From: Macrostomum lignano
Taxonomy: Eukaryota
Direction of reading: 5' to 3'
Length of the DNA: 57,527 nucleotides
Assembly (NCBI GenBank): GCA_002269645.1
Contig: NIVC01003774.1
Span: forward strand, 1 to 57,527
Below, one piece after another: positions 25,532-36,758 of this stretch (positions are counted from its first letter, which is position 1; each line of letters starts with the position of its first letter). The notes under the pieces are model-generated. The model was not told the DNA's origin. It searched no databases and saw only the letters and a program-made list of their open reading frames with translations. Both the position numbers and the translations under genes were made by a program.

Positions 25532-27863
25532 ATGGAATTACCCAATTTATTTTTATTAGCACTTTTTTGTTTGCCAGTGTATTAGTAGTTTTTTAATTAA
25601 AATATATTAACATTGCATTTTCCATGAAACAGATTCAAATATAAGTTTTAATGGTATTTTTCAAATGGAAAATACTGCTTATTGTATTTTTGCTTTTCTT
25701 TTAAAAAAATTCTGGTACACAGTGCAAGCAGATTCATTAAATAGGAATAGTTCCAATGAATAGCATGCATAATCAAACTATTTATCTGGCACAGGTATGC
25801 CATGATCCTGATTATAGACCCTATAGGAAAAAGTTGTAAAACCCCAGATGGTGTCTGGCGTACTTTTGAAATTTTTCTAAAGCATAGAGCACGCACAGGT
25901 GCATCGCCTGCGTATGTGCTGCGCTTTCTTACTGGCTGCTGCTCTAGCAAATACATATACATGGAAATGGGTATAATACCTCTGTTGAAGGGGCTTATAC
26001 ACGTAATTTATTACAAAATTTTGTTACAAAATTTGAAATATTTTAGAGCAAATTTCAATAACAACAAAAATTTAGAAGTGAAAATTTTGGTAGTGTCTAA
26101 AAAGTTGCTAAAAATAAAACTACTTTCTACTACATATACATCTATTACTTTTTGCTTAAGCAGTAAATTGAAAGTAAAAAAGTGAGTGTTGATCATACTA
26201 AACTTTGTTTTTCTGAATTATGATTTCAGGAAATTTCAATTTAGATTTTGGAAAGTTAGCAAACAAATTTTGATTTTGACAAGACTGCAGATCTTTCGGA
26301 ACATCTCTAATAATCCTAAAGCGCGATAAAATAGTTTGCCTCTTTTCTAAAGTGCGCGTCCGCGGGTTTTTTACATTTATTCCAATAGGGACTATAGATA
26401 GTAATCAATAGCAATATACCATTATCATTATGCTTATTATTGGTAGTTATAATCAACTATAGATAGTCACAGTTATTATTTAAGAATTGAGAGATATCAC
26501 ATAGTCATTTGACTTCTCTTTATATCTTAGGAGCCACAATAGCCAACAATAATTTAGAGGTTAAAAGCTACCTCTTTTTGAAAAATTTAGAGCTGTGCCT
26601 GTGGCCACTTTAGTGTGTGGTCATCTTAGACATTCGCCATTACTAAACTTTGCTCTTTTGGAATTAAGAGAAGTCCTTACTTTTTATATAAAAAACTAAA
26701 CTTTTAGGCCTAGCTAAATATTTTTTAATTTTTTCTCTAATTGCCTTACTTAGGTTAGGATTAATAGTTGAAGTTGAATTTTCATTTTTAATAGACCTAG
26801 AAGTAGATTCATTATCATTAATTACTTCTAATTGATTATTGCTATTTAGTTGACCTCCATAGACCATGGTCTTGATGATGCTCTTCACTAGGCAAACAAG
26901 TGGTAGCAACATTTATTTGTTCAACATGTTTCTTATGGACTCTTCTTGTATGAGCCTTTAAGACTTCAATAGAATTACAGGAATGAAAACATAGTTGTAC
27001 AAGACTTTTAATACAATTAATTAATTTAATACAAAATGAATGGTATGACTTAAAATGGGATAAACTTTAATAATATTCCTTGAAGAAAATAGGCAAAAAT
27101 GACAAAATTGGCATGCAACCACCATAATATCCACTTTGTCCTTAATGTCCACTAAAACATTTGGAGCCTGAGTGGACCTCTAATCTACAGTGAAGACTTG
27201 ATATAAAAAAGTTCATAGCCTAGCATAGATTTTCTTTGTATATGGAGCTTTTATCCATTGTAATTTTAAGATCAAGGACTGCTTGTACACTCCTCATCTA
27301 GAGCTTTGATGTTGCCTTACAATATATTGTGGGCAAGCAAGCTTCAAACTGTTGATCTGAATTCTCTGTTTTGTAGATCTGCAGAGCTTCCAAGCTAGAG
27401 AGTCTCCAGCCTCAGCAGCCTCAGCAGCTCTCTCCTCTTAGCTTCTCTAAAAAAACTCAGCCTGTAGCAATACTGCAGCTCCAATGCAATGGCTTGGTTT
27501 TCCATTTAACTTAGCCTGAATATCACTCTAACATTTTTAAACTAGTTCCATCCTTGCGGAACCTCACTAGAGTGGACAATGTCTTCAGCATGCCAATTAG
27601 AGGTTTTGAGAACACAGGCACCTTTCCCCAGTTGAGCACATGTGTATGATAATTCTATATAATAAATGTACACTTGTATGCCTATTGACACTTTATGTGT
27701 ATATGAACTCTGATAGAGGTCCACCCACATAGCTAATGACTTGCCTTCTATTGCTCCCCCACTAGAAGAGTTGAACAATTTGACAAACCCATGATGGGTG
27801 TACATTGAATGCAGCAGGCATTCAAATCTTTTGTCGGTCATCCTAGAGACCTCTGCCTTGCAG

Positions 27864-30800
27864 ATGATGAAAACAGGCTGTCGCGAACGCGCCACGCGCC
27901 GTGGCGCAGGCGCCAGCAACGGCGGCGTCAATAGCGGCGCCGGTAGCGGCGCCACGCGCCTAACCAAAGCGGCGCTACTGCTGCACTTCGACGACCTGGT
28001 GCGCTCGGCCTCGGTGCTGCGCAACAACTCGGCAAGCGCTGAGCGCGCCCTGGCCAGGGTGGCCGCTGAGGCGCGGGAGAGCGCGCGCCTAGCCGAGGAG
28101 CGCGCCGAATCGTTGCGCCGCGAATTGGAGGAGGCTCGCATGGAGCAGCGCCGCTCGCAGGCGCAGCTGATGCAGGCGCGCGCCGATTTAGAAGAGGAAC
28201 AGCAGCGCCGGCGCCGCTGCGAGGCCGGGGCGCGCGAGCTGCAAGCCAGACTGCGTGGCTTGGTAGGGCTAGGAGTTTACTGATTTAATCCTCAGATTAA
28301 TGCTCAATCCATTCGGATTACCCCCGTGACTCCTGGACTATTAGATTTCCCCTGGGGATCCCGTGGGAATCCCGTGGGATTTCCCCTGTAAATTCTGTAG
28401 GATTTCCCCTGGGAATTCTGTGGGATTTCCCCTGGGAATTCTGTGGGATTTCCCCTGGGAATTCTGTGGTATTTCCCCTGAGAATCATGTTGGATTTCCC
28501 TGGGAATCATGTGGAATTTCCCCTGGGAATCCTTTGGATTTCCCCTGGGAATCCTTTGGATTTCCCCTGGGAATCCTGTGGAATTTCCCCTGGGAATCCC
28601 GTGGATTTCCCCTGGCAATCCTGTGGGATTTCCCCTGGGAATCCTGTAGGATTTCCTTTTGGAGTCGTGTAGAATTTCCTCTGTGATTTCCATGTCATTT
28701 AATACTCCATCGAACTTTTACTTCGAACCAAACTTTTCTCCAGTGCACCGACGCTTCTCAGCTCGGCGTCGCCGCATCCGGCGTTCTTGACGCCGCCTAC
28801 ATTGACGACATTGTCGGCTTCGGCGGCAACCGTGGCGTTGGCGGCGGCCGCAACGTCGTTGGCGCCAACGGCGGCATCGGCGAGGAGCACAGCTCAGGCG
28901 ACCTGCTGGATCCCGACGACTTCGACTACGACAACACCGACGAGGAGGCAGCGGCCGCGGCCAATGTCGCCCCCTCCTACTCGCACCGACGGGGCAGCCC
29001 GCCAGCTCCCGTTTCGTCCGCCGCCGCCTTTACGGCAACGCCGACAACTTCGACAGCAGCTCCGTCGCGTTGGTCGCCGCCACCGCCAACCGTGCCGCAG
29101 CTGGTTGTCGACTGCGTCCGCGAGATTGAGCGGCGTGGCCTGCGGGAGGTCGGCCTGTACAGGGTGTCCGGCTCGCAGAAGCAGGTCCGCCAGCTGTGGG
29201 ACGCCTACAGCCAGTCGCAGCAGCGTAAAGTGAGAATTCACCGCCTTTGCTTGCTTGATTTCCTCAGTTGGTTTCTGCTTTCTCATCCGCTCAACTGCCA
29301 ACTCCATTGCCCCCCCCCCAACTGCCAACTCCATTACCCCCCCCCTCCCCCAACTGCCAACTCCATTGCCCCCAACTGCCAACTCCATTACCCCCCCCCC
29401 CCCCAACTGCCAACTCCATTGCCCCCCAACTGCAACTCCATTGCCCCCCCCCAACGGCAAACTCCATGCCCCCCAACGGCCAACTCCATTGCCCCCCAAC
29501 GGCCAACTCCATGGCCCCCCCCGACGGCAAACTCCATTGCCCCCCCAACGGCCAACTCCATTGCCCCCCCCTAACGGCCCACTCCATGCCCCCCCCAACT
29601 GCCAACTCCATTGCCCCCCCCCAACGGCAAACTCCATGCCCCCCAACGGCCAACTCCATTGCCCCCCCAACGGCCAACTCCATGGCCCCCCCCCGACGGC
29701 AAACTCCATGCCCCCCCAACGGCCAACTCCATTGCCCCCCTCCCTAACGGCCCACTCCATGCCCCCCCCCCAACTGCCAACTCCATTGCCCCCCAACGGC
29801 AAACTCCATGCCCCCCCAACGGCCAACTCCATTGCCCCCCAACGGCCAACTCCATTGCCCCCCCTAACGGCCCACTCCATGCCCCCCCCAACGGCCAACT
29901 CCATGGCCCCCCCCCGACGGCAAACTCCATGCCCCCCAACGGCCAACTCCATTGCCCCCCAACGGCCAACTCCATTGCCCCCCCTAACGGCCCACTCCAT
30001 GCCCCCCCCAACGGCCAACTCCATTGCCCCCCCCCTACGGCAAACTCCATGCCCCCCAACGGCCAACTCCATTGCCCCCCAACGGCCAACTCCATTGCCC
30101 CCCCTAACGGCCCACTCCATGCCCCCCCCGACGGCCAACTCCATTGCCCCCCCCCGACGGCCAACTCCATTGCCCCCCCCGACGGCCAACTCCATTGCCC
30201 CCCCCCAACGGCCAACTCCATTGCCCCCCCCGACGGCCAACTCCATTGCCCCCCCAATGGCGAACTCCATGCCCCCCCCCAATGGCGAACTCCATGCCCC
30301 CCCCAACGGCCCACTCCATGCCCCCCCTAACGGCCACTCCATGCCCCCAAGGGTTTCCATACTAAGCTAGTGCAAGCCGCTCCCACTCTGCCCCCAGGTG
30401 CCAGACTTATCCGGAGTCGAGGACGTCCACGTGCTGTGCGGCTTGCTGAAGATGTACCTGAGCAGCCTGCCGGAGCCACTGCTCACCTACCGGATGTGGC
30501 CAGACTTTGCCCGGGCGGCCGAGACCGCCAACAACGAGCTGGCCTCGGCCACTTTGCTCAGCCTGCCGCCCGCCAACCGGGACACCCTGGTTTACCTGTT
30601 GGCACACCTGTTACGCGTGGCCGACAGTCCGGCCGTGCAGATGACCGAGTCCAATCTGTCCCGCACTTTGGCGCCCAGTCTGGTTGGCAACTCGTGCCAC
30701 GATCCGGAGCCCATGATGGTGAGATCCAGTCTGTTCTAGTCTTTATTGCTATCCTCCTGAGTCTTTGTTGCTATCCTCCTGAGTCTTTGTTGCTATCCTC

Positions 30801-31757
30801 CTGAGTCTTTGTTGCTATCCTCCTGAGTCTTTGTTGCTATCCTCCCGAGTCTTTGTTGCTATCCTCCCGAGTCTTTGTTGCTATCCTCCTGAGTCTTTGT
30901 TGCTATCCTCCTGAGTCTTTGTTGCTATCCTCCTGAGTCTTTGTTGCTATCCTCCTGAGTCTTTGTTGCTATCCTCCCGAGTCTGTCGCTATCCTCCCGA
31001 GTCTGTGTCGCTATCCTCTTGAGTCTTTGTTGCTATCCTCTTGAGTGTGTCCTATCCTCCTGAGTCTTTGTTGCTATCCTCTTGAGTGTGTCCTATCCTC
31101 CTGAGTCTTTGTTGCTATCCTCTTGAGTGTGTCCTATCCTCCTGAGTCTGTGTCGCTATCCTCTTGAGTGTGTCCTATCCTCCTGAGTCTTTGTTGCTAT
31201 CCTCCTGAGTCTTTGTTGCTATCCTCCCGAGTCTGTGTCATATCCTTCCGAGTCTGTGTCTCTATCCTCTTGAGTCTTCGTTGCTATCCTCTTGAGTGTG
31301 TCCTATCCTCCTGAGTCTGTGTCGCTATCCTCCTGAGTCTGTGTTTCTATCCTCCTGAGTCTTCGTTGCTATCCTCTTGAGTCTGTCCTATCCTCCTGAG
31401 TCTGTGCCACCATTGGCATCCCTCTTTCCTCATCCCGAACCGCCGTAGACCATCAACGAGACGGCCGTCCAGCAGTCGATTCTGCGGCAGCTGCTCTGTC
31501 TGCCTAGCAACTACTACGCCGACCTGTTGGCCTCCGCATCCTCTGGCGACGGCTCGCTGCTGGGCGGCGGCGGGCAGCCAGACGGCGGCGGGCAGCAGCA
31601 GAGCAGCTACATCGCCTCCAAGACGCCGCTGCTCCGGCCGAGGTTCAAAGCTGCACCAGTTGGCGACCTGAGGGACCCGAATTTCAAGGAGAAAGTCAAC
31701 CTGATGCGGGAGACCTACCGGGCCACCAGGAAGCTGTTCTTTCCGCATCCCAAGTGA
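27864..31757 (+). CDS. RACGAP1: RacGAP1/MgcRacGAP/CYK-4 homologue lacking C1, 504 aa; join(27864..28262,28744..29229,30398..30718,31449..31757)
   Basis: N-terminal LLLHFDDLVRSASVL plus coiled coil LMQARADLEEEQQRRRRCE (cf. human FEQLVRRVEIL, LKHARNQVDVEIKRRQRAE). RhoGAP motifs VVDCVREIERRGLREVGLYRVSG, EPLLT, LPPANRDTL. C-terminal FFPHPK. All junctions are phase 0 GT-AG. Confidence 0.88.
28340..28680. repeat. RacGAP intron 1: 23-bp array (ggatttcccctgggaattctgtg)
   Basis: About 14 copies. Confidence 0.92.
29290..30350. repeat. RacGAP intron 2: C-rich about 23-bp array (aacggccaactccattgccccccc)
   Basis: Tandem units with a variable C-run. Confidence 0.92.
30735..31405. repeat. RacGAP intron 3: 22-bp array (gagtctttgttgctatcctcct)
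   Basis: Tandem periodicity. Confidence 0.92.
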
Positions 31758-31949
31758 CACCTGACTTGCTCTTTTATAATCAACTCGACTGTCTCAGCTG
31801 TCAGTACTTTCTGCTTGTGTGCTTAGTTTAGCTTTTTTATATCCCGTGTACTTATTATTTATTATATCTCATTTTTTGTTAATCTGCGTATTCCTTCAGT
31901 AGGTAAAATTTTCAAAATGCGAGCAATTGTTATTGTGTAATTATTGTAG

Positions 31950-32800
31950 GGCCTGGATTTATGGCCACTGGCCTGGATTTATGACCACTGGCCTGGATTT
32001 ATGGCCACTGGCCTGGGTTTATGGCCACTGGCCTGGATTTATGACCACTGGCCTGGATTTATGGCCACTGGCCTGGGTTTATGGCCACTGGCCTGGATTT
32101 ATGACCACTGGCCTGGGTTTATGACCACTGGCCTGGATTTATGGCCACTGGCCTGGATTTATGACCACTGGCCTGGATTTATGGCCACTGGCCTGGATTT
32201 ATGGGCGCTGGCCTGGATTTATGGCTACTTGCCTGGATTTATGGCTACTTGCCTGGATTTATGGCCACTGGCCTGGATTTATGGGCGCTGGCCTGGATTT
32301 ATGACCACTGGCCTGGATTTATGACCACTGGCCTGGATTTATGACCACTGGCCTGGATTTATGGCCACTGGCCTGGATTTATGACCACTGGCCTGGATTT
32401 ATGGCCACTGGCCTGGATTTATGACCACTGGCCTGGGTTTATGGCCACTGGCCTGGGTTTATGGCCACTGGCCTGGGTTTATGGCCACTGGCCTGGGTTT
32501 ATGCCCACTGGCCTGGATTTATGACCACTGGCCTGGGTTTATGACCACTGGACTGGATTTATGGCCACTGGCCTGGATTTATGACCACTGGCCTGGGTTT
32601 ATGACCACTGGCCTGGATTTATGACCACTGGCCTGGGTTTATGACCACTGTCCTGGATTTATGGCCACTGGCCTGGGTTTATGGCCACTGGCCTGGATTT
32701 ATGACCACTGGCCTGGATTTATGACCACTGGCCTGGATTTATGGCTACTGGCCTGGGTTTATGGCCACTGGCCTGGGTTTATGGCCACTGGCCTGGATTT
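31950..32800. repeat. Intergenic 20-bp array (ggcctggatttatggccact)
   Basis: About 42 copies between convergent genes. Confidence 0.95.
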
Positions 32801-33401
32801 ACGAGTATGGGTACAGGGGTTGCAAGGCCTAAGTTTATTCGGGATGGTGTCCGTATTTAACATCGCATTGTATTTCACAGTATATTTATAATAAAATTTT
32901 ATTTTTTAAACCTTAATTACTTCTGAGCATTGCAGCATCCGCACAGTCGGTCTGCTTTTCGCATTTTTAATATTTTAATTAATTAACTGCTTTCATTTAT
33001 AACAAAACATTTGAATTTTAGTCCGCTCAAGCTCTCTACACTCGGCATTTGTCTGTCTTTAAAGTCGCTGTTTTTTTTGCTCGCAATTAATGACTTTAAT
33101 AAATTATAAATTGTATAATTAATTGCTAACAATAAAGCAATCTGGGTCACTACTCAATGCTTGGTTTGCTGTCTCGGACTTATTATAACTTGCTTGACTT
33201 GCCTGTCTCTCGGTGTTTCTTTCTTTTATAAATAACCCACTTTCTGGGTAAATTCGTTTAGAAAAAAATAAGCTGACAAAGCTTACAGTCTACTGACAGT
33301 AGCTGCGTAGTTGTTTAGCGGTCAAAATATTTTCTACTCTGTATTGGGTTATTGGGGTTATTTATTATTGACATCGCTTCATATTAAACAATTTTATTAT
33401 T

Positions 33402-33585
33402 CGGGATCAGCTGAGAAGGGGAAGCAGCTCCCACAGCGGGATCAGCTGAGAAGGGGAAGCAGCTCCCACAGCGGGATCAGCTGAGAAGGGGAAGCAGCTC
33501 CCACAGCGGGATCAGCTGAGAAGGGGAAGCAGCTCCCACAGCGGGATCAGCTGAGAAGGGGAAGCAGCTCCCACAGCGGGATCAG
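33402..33585. repeat. 35-bp array, 5 perfect copies plus a partial one
   Basis: cgggatcagctgagaaggggaagcagctcccacag x5. The partial copy overlaps the stop codon (33582-33584) of the minus-strand gene. Confidence 0.95.
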
Positions 33586-35477
33586 TCAGCCCTCGGCCCG
33601 TTCGAGAAGCTCCTCGTACGGCAGCTGGCCTGTCTCTTTTGCCAAGCAGGCTGCTGATGATCAAGATGCTGATGAGGTTCAGCCTCCCGACCAGGCAACG
33701 GCATGCGGAACAGCTTCATCGACTCGGCGGCACCACCTGACGGTGCCGCTGGCGCACGCGCACCGCCGACGCTGCGCTTCGCTGTCTCACCGAGCACCAG
33801 CCTGCGACACGCGGTGGCCGCCTCTGAGCCTGCCGACGCTGCCGCCGTCGCGTAGTCGGCCGCCCGCCGGCCGGAGGCGTCTCGCAGAGCAGCAGCGTCT
33901 CGCGGCATCCGCGACAGGAGCAGCCGGCACACGCGGGGCTGCTGATGGTAGCAGGCGAAGTGCAGCCCGGTGCGGCCCGTGTGGGGCGTGACGGCTGAGG
34001 CCAGGCTCGCTGCGGGGTGGGATGGGGCGGCTGCTGTACTGATCATCCCAGTCCGCATCCACAACAGCCTGCACCCACACCAGCCTGCACCCACCCCAGC
34101 CTGCACCCACTCCAGCCTGCACCCACCCCAGCCTGCATCCACCCCAGCCTGCACCCACTCCAGCCTGCACCCACACCAGCCTGCACCCACCCTAGCATGA
34201 ACCGACACCAGCCTGCACCCACCCCAGCATGCCAGGCACCCCATCCTAGGCACCCCAGACACGCGAAACACCTTGACACCCCAGCCTGCACTCACGCAGC
34301 ATCTGCAGGAAGATCCGCACGAGTCCCACAGAGCCGGCCCGACAGCAGGCCAACACGAAGGCAGAGTGCGCCACCGTTTCTGGTTCGACGTCCTCCTGAT
34401 CTTCCTCCTCCTCCTCCTGATGCTCCTCTGCCGTTTCGTCAGCCAACAGCGCCTTATCCTGGGCCAGGACTCCCCGCTGTGGCCGCTGCCCTCGAGCTGC
34501 CGCTGCCTTGCCGCTTCGCAGCCGCCCCAGCCGCCGCTCCCTGGCCACCCCCGCCAGCCAAGCTGCTATCGACCTCTCATCCCTGCCGTCCTCGACGTCG
34601 TCAGCGAGCTGTCTGAAGACCGGCCGCACCGTCAACTGGAGAGTTGCCTCGGTCGGCAGGTCGGCTTCGGTCAGTTCGCGGCCACGCAGCAGCAGCTTCG
34701 TGCTCGCCGCGGTGTACCCGGACAGCAGCTCGAGCTGACGGAGGATCTGCTGCACCGCTGTATGCCCGCCGCTGTCCGGGCTGTACGACACGTTCACGAT
34801 GCCTTCGCGAGGCAGCAGGACGAAGCATTCGGCCACCTGATCCGCCTGCTGCCGCTCCTGGCGGATGGGCAATGATTATCCAGACAGGTGAGACATGATT
34901 ATCCAGACAGGTGAGACATGATGATCCAGACAGGTGAGACATGATTATCCAGACAGGTGAGACATGATTATCCAGACAGGTGAGACATGATTATCCAGAC
35001 AGGTGAGACATGATTATCCAGACAGGTGAGACATAATTATCCAGACAGGTGAGACATGATTATCCAGACAGGTGAGACATGATTATCCAGACAGGTGCAA
35101 CATGATTATCCAGACAGGTGAGACATGATTATCCAGACAGGTGCAACATGATTATCCAGACAGGTGAGACATAATTATCCAGACAGGTGAGACATGATTA
35201 TCCAGACAGGTGAGACATGATTATCCAGACAGGTGCAACATGATTATCCAGACAGTACATCAGCATCTGTGCCCAGTTGCCGCACCTGTAATCCGCTGGA
35301 GTCCAGCAGGTGCAGCCCGAAGAAGCTGACGCTGCGCCTGTCCTCGTCCATGTCAAAATCTTTGCCATTTTTATCGCCTCTGGTGCTATGCTGCTGGCTG
35401 TGCTGGTTTCCATGGCAACCGAAACCTACTCCGCTGCCGCTGCTAATGGACTGTTGAATCGCTCGACGGGCAGACAT
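33582..35477 (-). CDS. Ubiquitin-like domain + ankyrin repeat protein, up to about 402 aa; complement(join(33582..34009,34296..34857,35259..35477)); alternative start ATG at 35351
   Basis: Exon 2 ECFVLLPREGIVNVSY...KLLLRGRELTEADLPTEATLQLTVRP fits the ubiquitin-fold pattern. AFVLACCRAGSVGLVRIFL and TGRTGLHFACYHQQPRVCRLLL...DASGRRAADYA are ankyrin repeats. Junctions are phase-consistent (1209 nt); the exon 1 donor (gtactg) is weak. Confidence 0.72.
34065..34290. repeat. Ubl-ANK intron 2: 20-bp array (ccagcctgcacccaccc-type)
   Basis: Tandem units; on the minus strand the first unit is the donor itself (gtgagtgcaggctgg vs gtgggtgcaggctgg). Confidence 0.88.
34872..35254. repeat. Ubl-ANK intron 1: 23-bp array (atgattatccagacaggtgagac)
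   Basis: About 17 copies filling almost the whole 401-nt intron. Confidence 0.95.
35406..35419. promoter_or_regulatory. RFX X-box motif GTTTCCATGGCAAC
   Basis: Matches the palindromic X-box consensus; 55 bp upstream of the minus-strand ATG at 35351. Confidence 0.5.
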
Positions 35478-35994
35478 TGAGAGCAGAGACCTGGGGTCAG
35501 ACAAGGCGGGTGGGCTTCGTCAATCTGCCTGCTGTTTCCCTATTGTCTGCTTTCTCCTTATTTTACCTTTTTCCATTTTTATGCCTCAACTGTCTGTCTC
35601 TGTTATAAAAACAAGCCGGTTAGAAGTTCTATTTAGAAGTCATGACCCGTCTTTCTCCAAAGCTGAGCAGCTCTCTACCTTCTGCCTGCCTACTAGTGAA
35701 ACCTGCCTGTCATTGTCTGAGGCCTGCTCACAAGCCTCACCGGGTGCAGCTCTTATCAATGATGCCATTGTATCCATTCTGTCTCTGCTTTACTCTCACT
35801 GCCACTGCGCATTTAATAGCTGAGGGTTGTCTGCAGCTAAGTACAGATGTTTGGAGAGAGAAACCCGAGCCTAAACGAATGGCAAAGTTCAGCCTCTTGG
35901 TCACGCCCCACTTTCTGTCGGAGTTCCTTTGGTTTCCAAAAACAAACTTTCTTTGATTTGAGTTCACAATTCCCACGGTTGACAGTCACGAATA

Positions 35995-36345
35995 CTCACA
36001 ATCCTGAATCTTCACAATCCTTAATCTTCACAATCCTGAGTATTCATATTCCCGAATCTTCACAATCCCGAATCTTCACATTCCTGAATCTTCACATTCC
36101 CAAATCTTCACAATCCTGAATCTTCACAATCCCGAATCTTCACAATCCTGAATATTCACAATCCTGAATATTCACAATCCTGAATATTCACAATCCTGAA
36201 TATTCACAATCCTGAATATTCACAATCCTGAATATTCACAATCCTGAATATTCACAATCCTGAATCTTCACAATCCTAAATCTTTACAATCCCGAATATT
36301 ACAATCCTTAATCTTCACAATCCCGAATCTTCACAATCCCGAATA
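35995..36345. repeat. 16-bp array (tcacaatcctgaatat/ct) between divergent genes
   Basis: About 20 copies. Confidence 0.9.
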
Positions 36346-36758
36346 TCAATCCACGCATTCTACCTGAAGGCAGCCCACTCTCACTCAAACTGTAACACAA
36401 AGCAAGTACAGTCGCCCAGCCCAACTCAAAGTCAGAGTCGCTCAATTCGTTCGCCCAGCTCAAACCGCAGGCTTTGCTCACCTGACCAGGAAAAAAAGCC
36501 GAAGTTGTTAAAGGGTTTTTCTTCGTATTAGCTTGGTAGATTTGGCTGCTCACATGAGCTCAGCCAGCCACGTACTTATAGCCATTGCCATGCACTGCTC
36601 ACTTGAGCTGTTATCTCATCTGACAGAGCAAATGCTTTTTAATCTGTCACGCCTGGCTGAGCACTCACTGCACACTAACACTGGCCCAGCAACAGCCATC
36701 GAACTGAGCCTGTCAGCCAACTGCAGTCTCTGACAATCCCGCCAGTGTCACACCTCTG

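Noticed and set aside
33402-33585. 35-bp perfect repeats, and other 27-40 bp arrays, as CRISPR
   Set aside because: Repeats are head-to-tail without unique spacers, no cas genes are present, and the context is eukaryotic.
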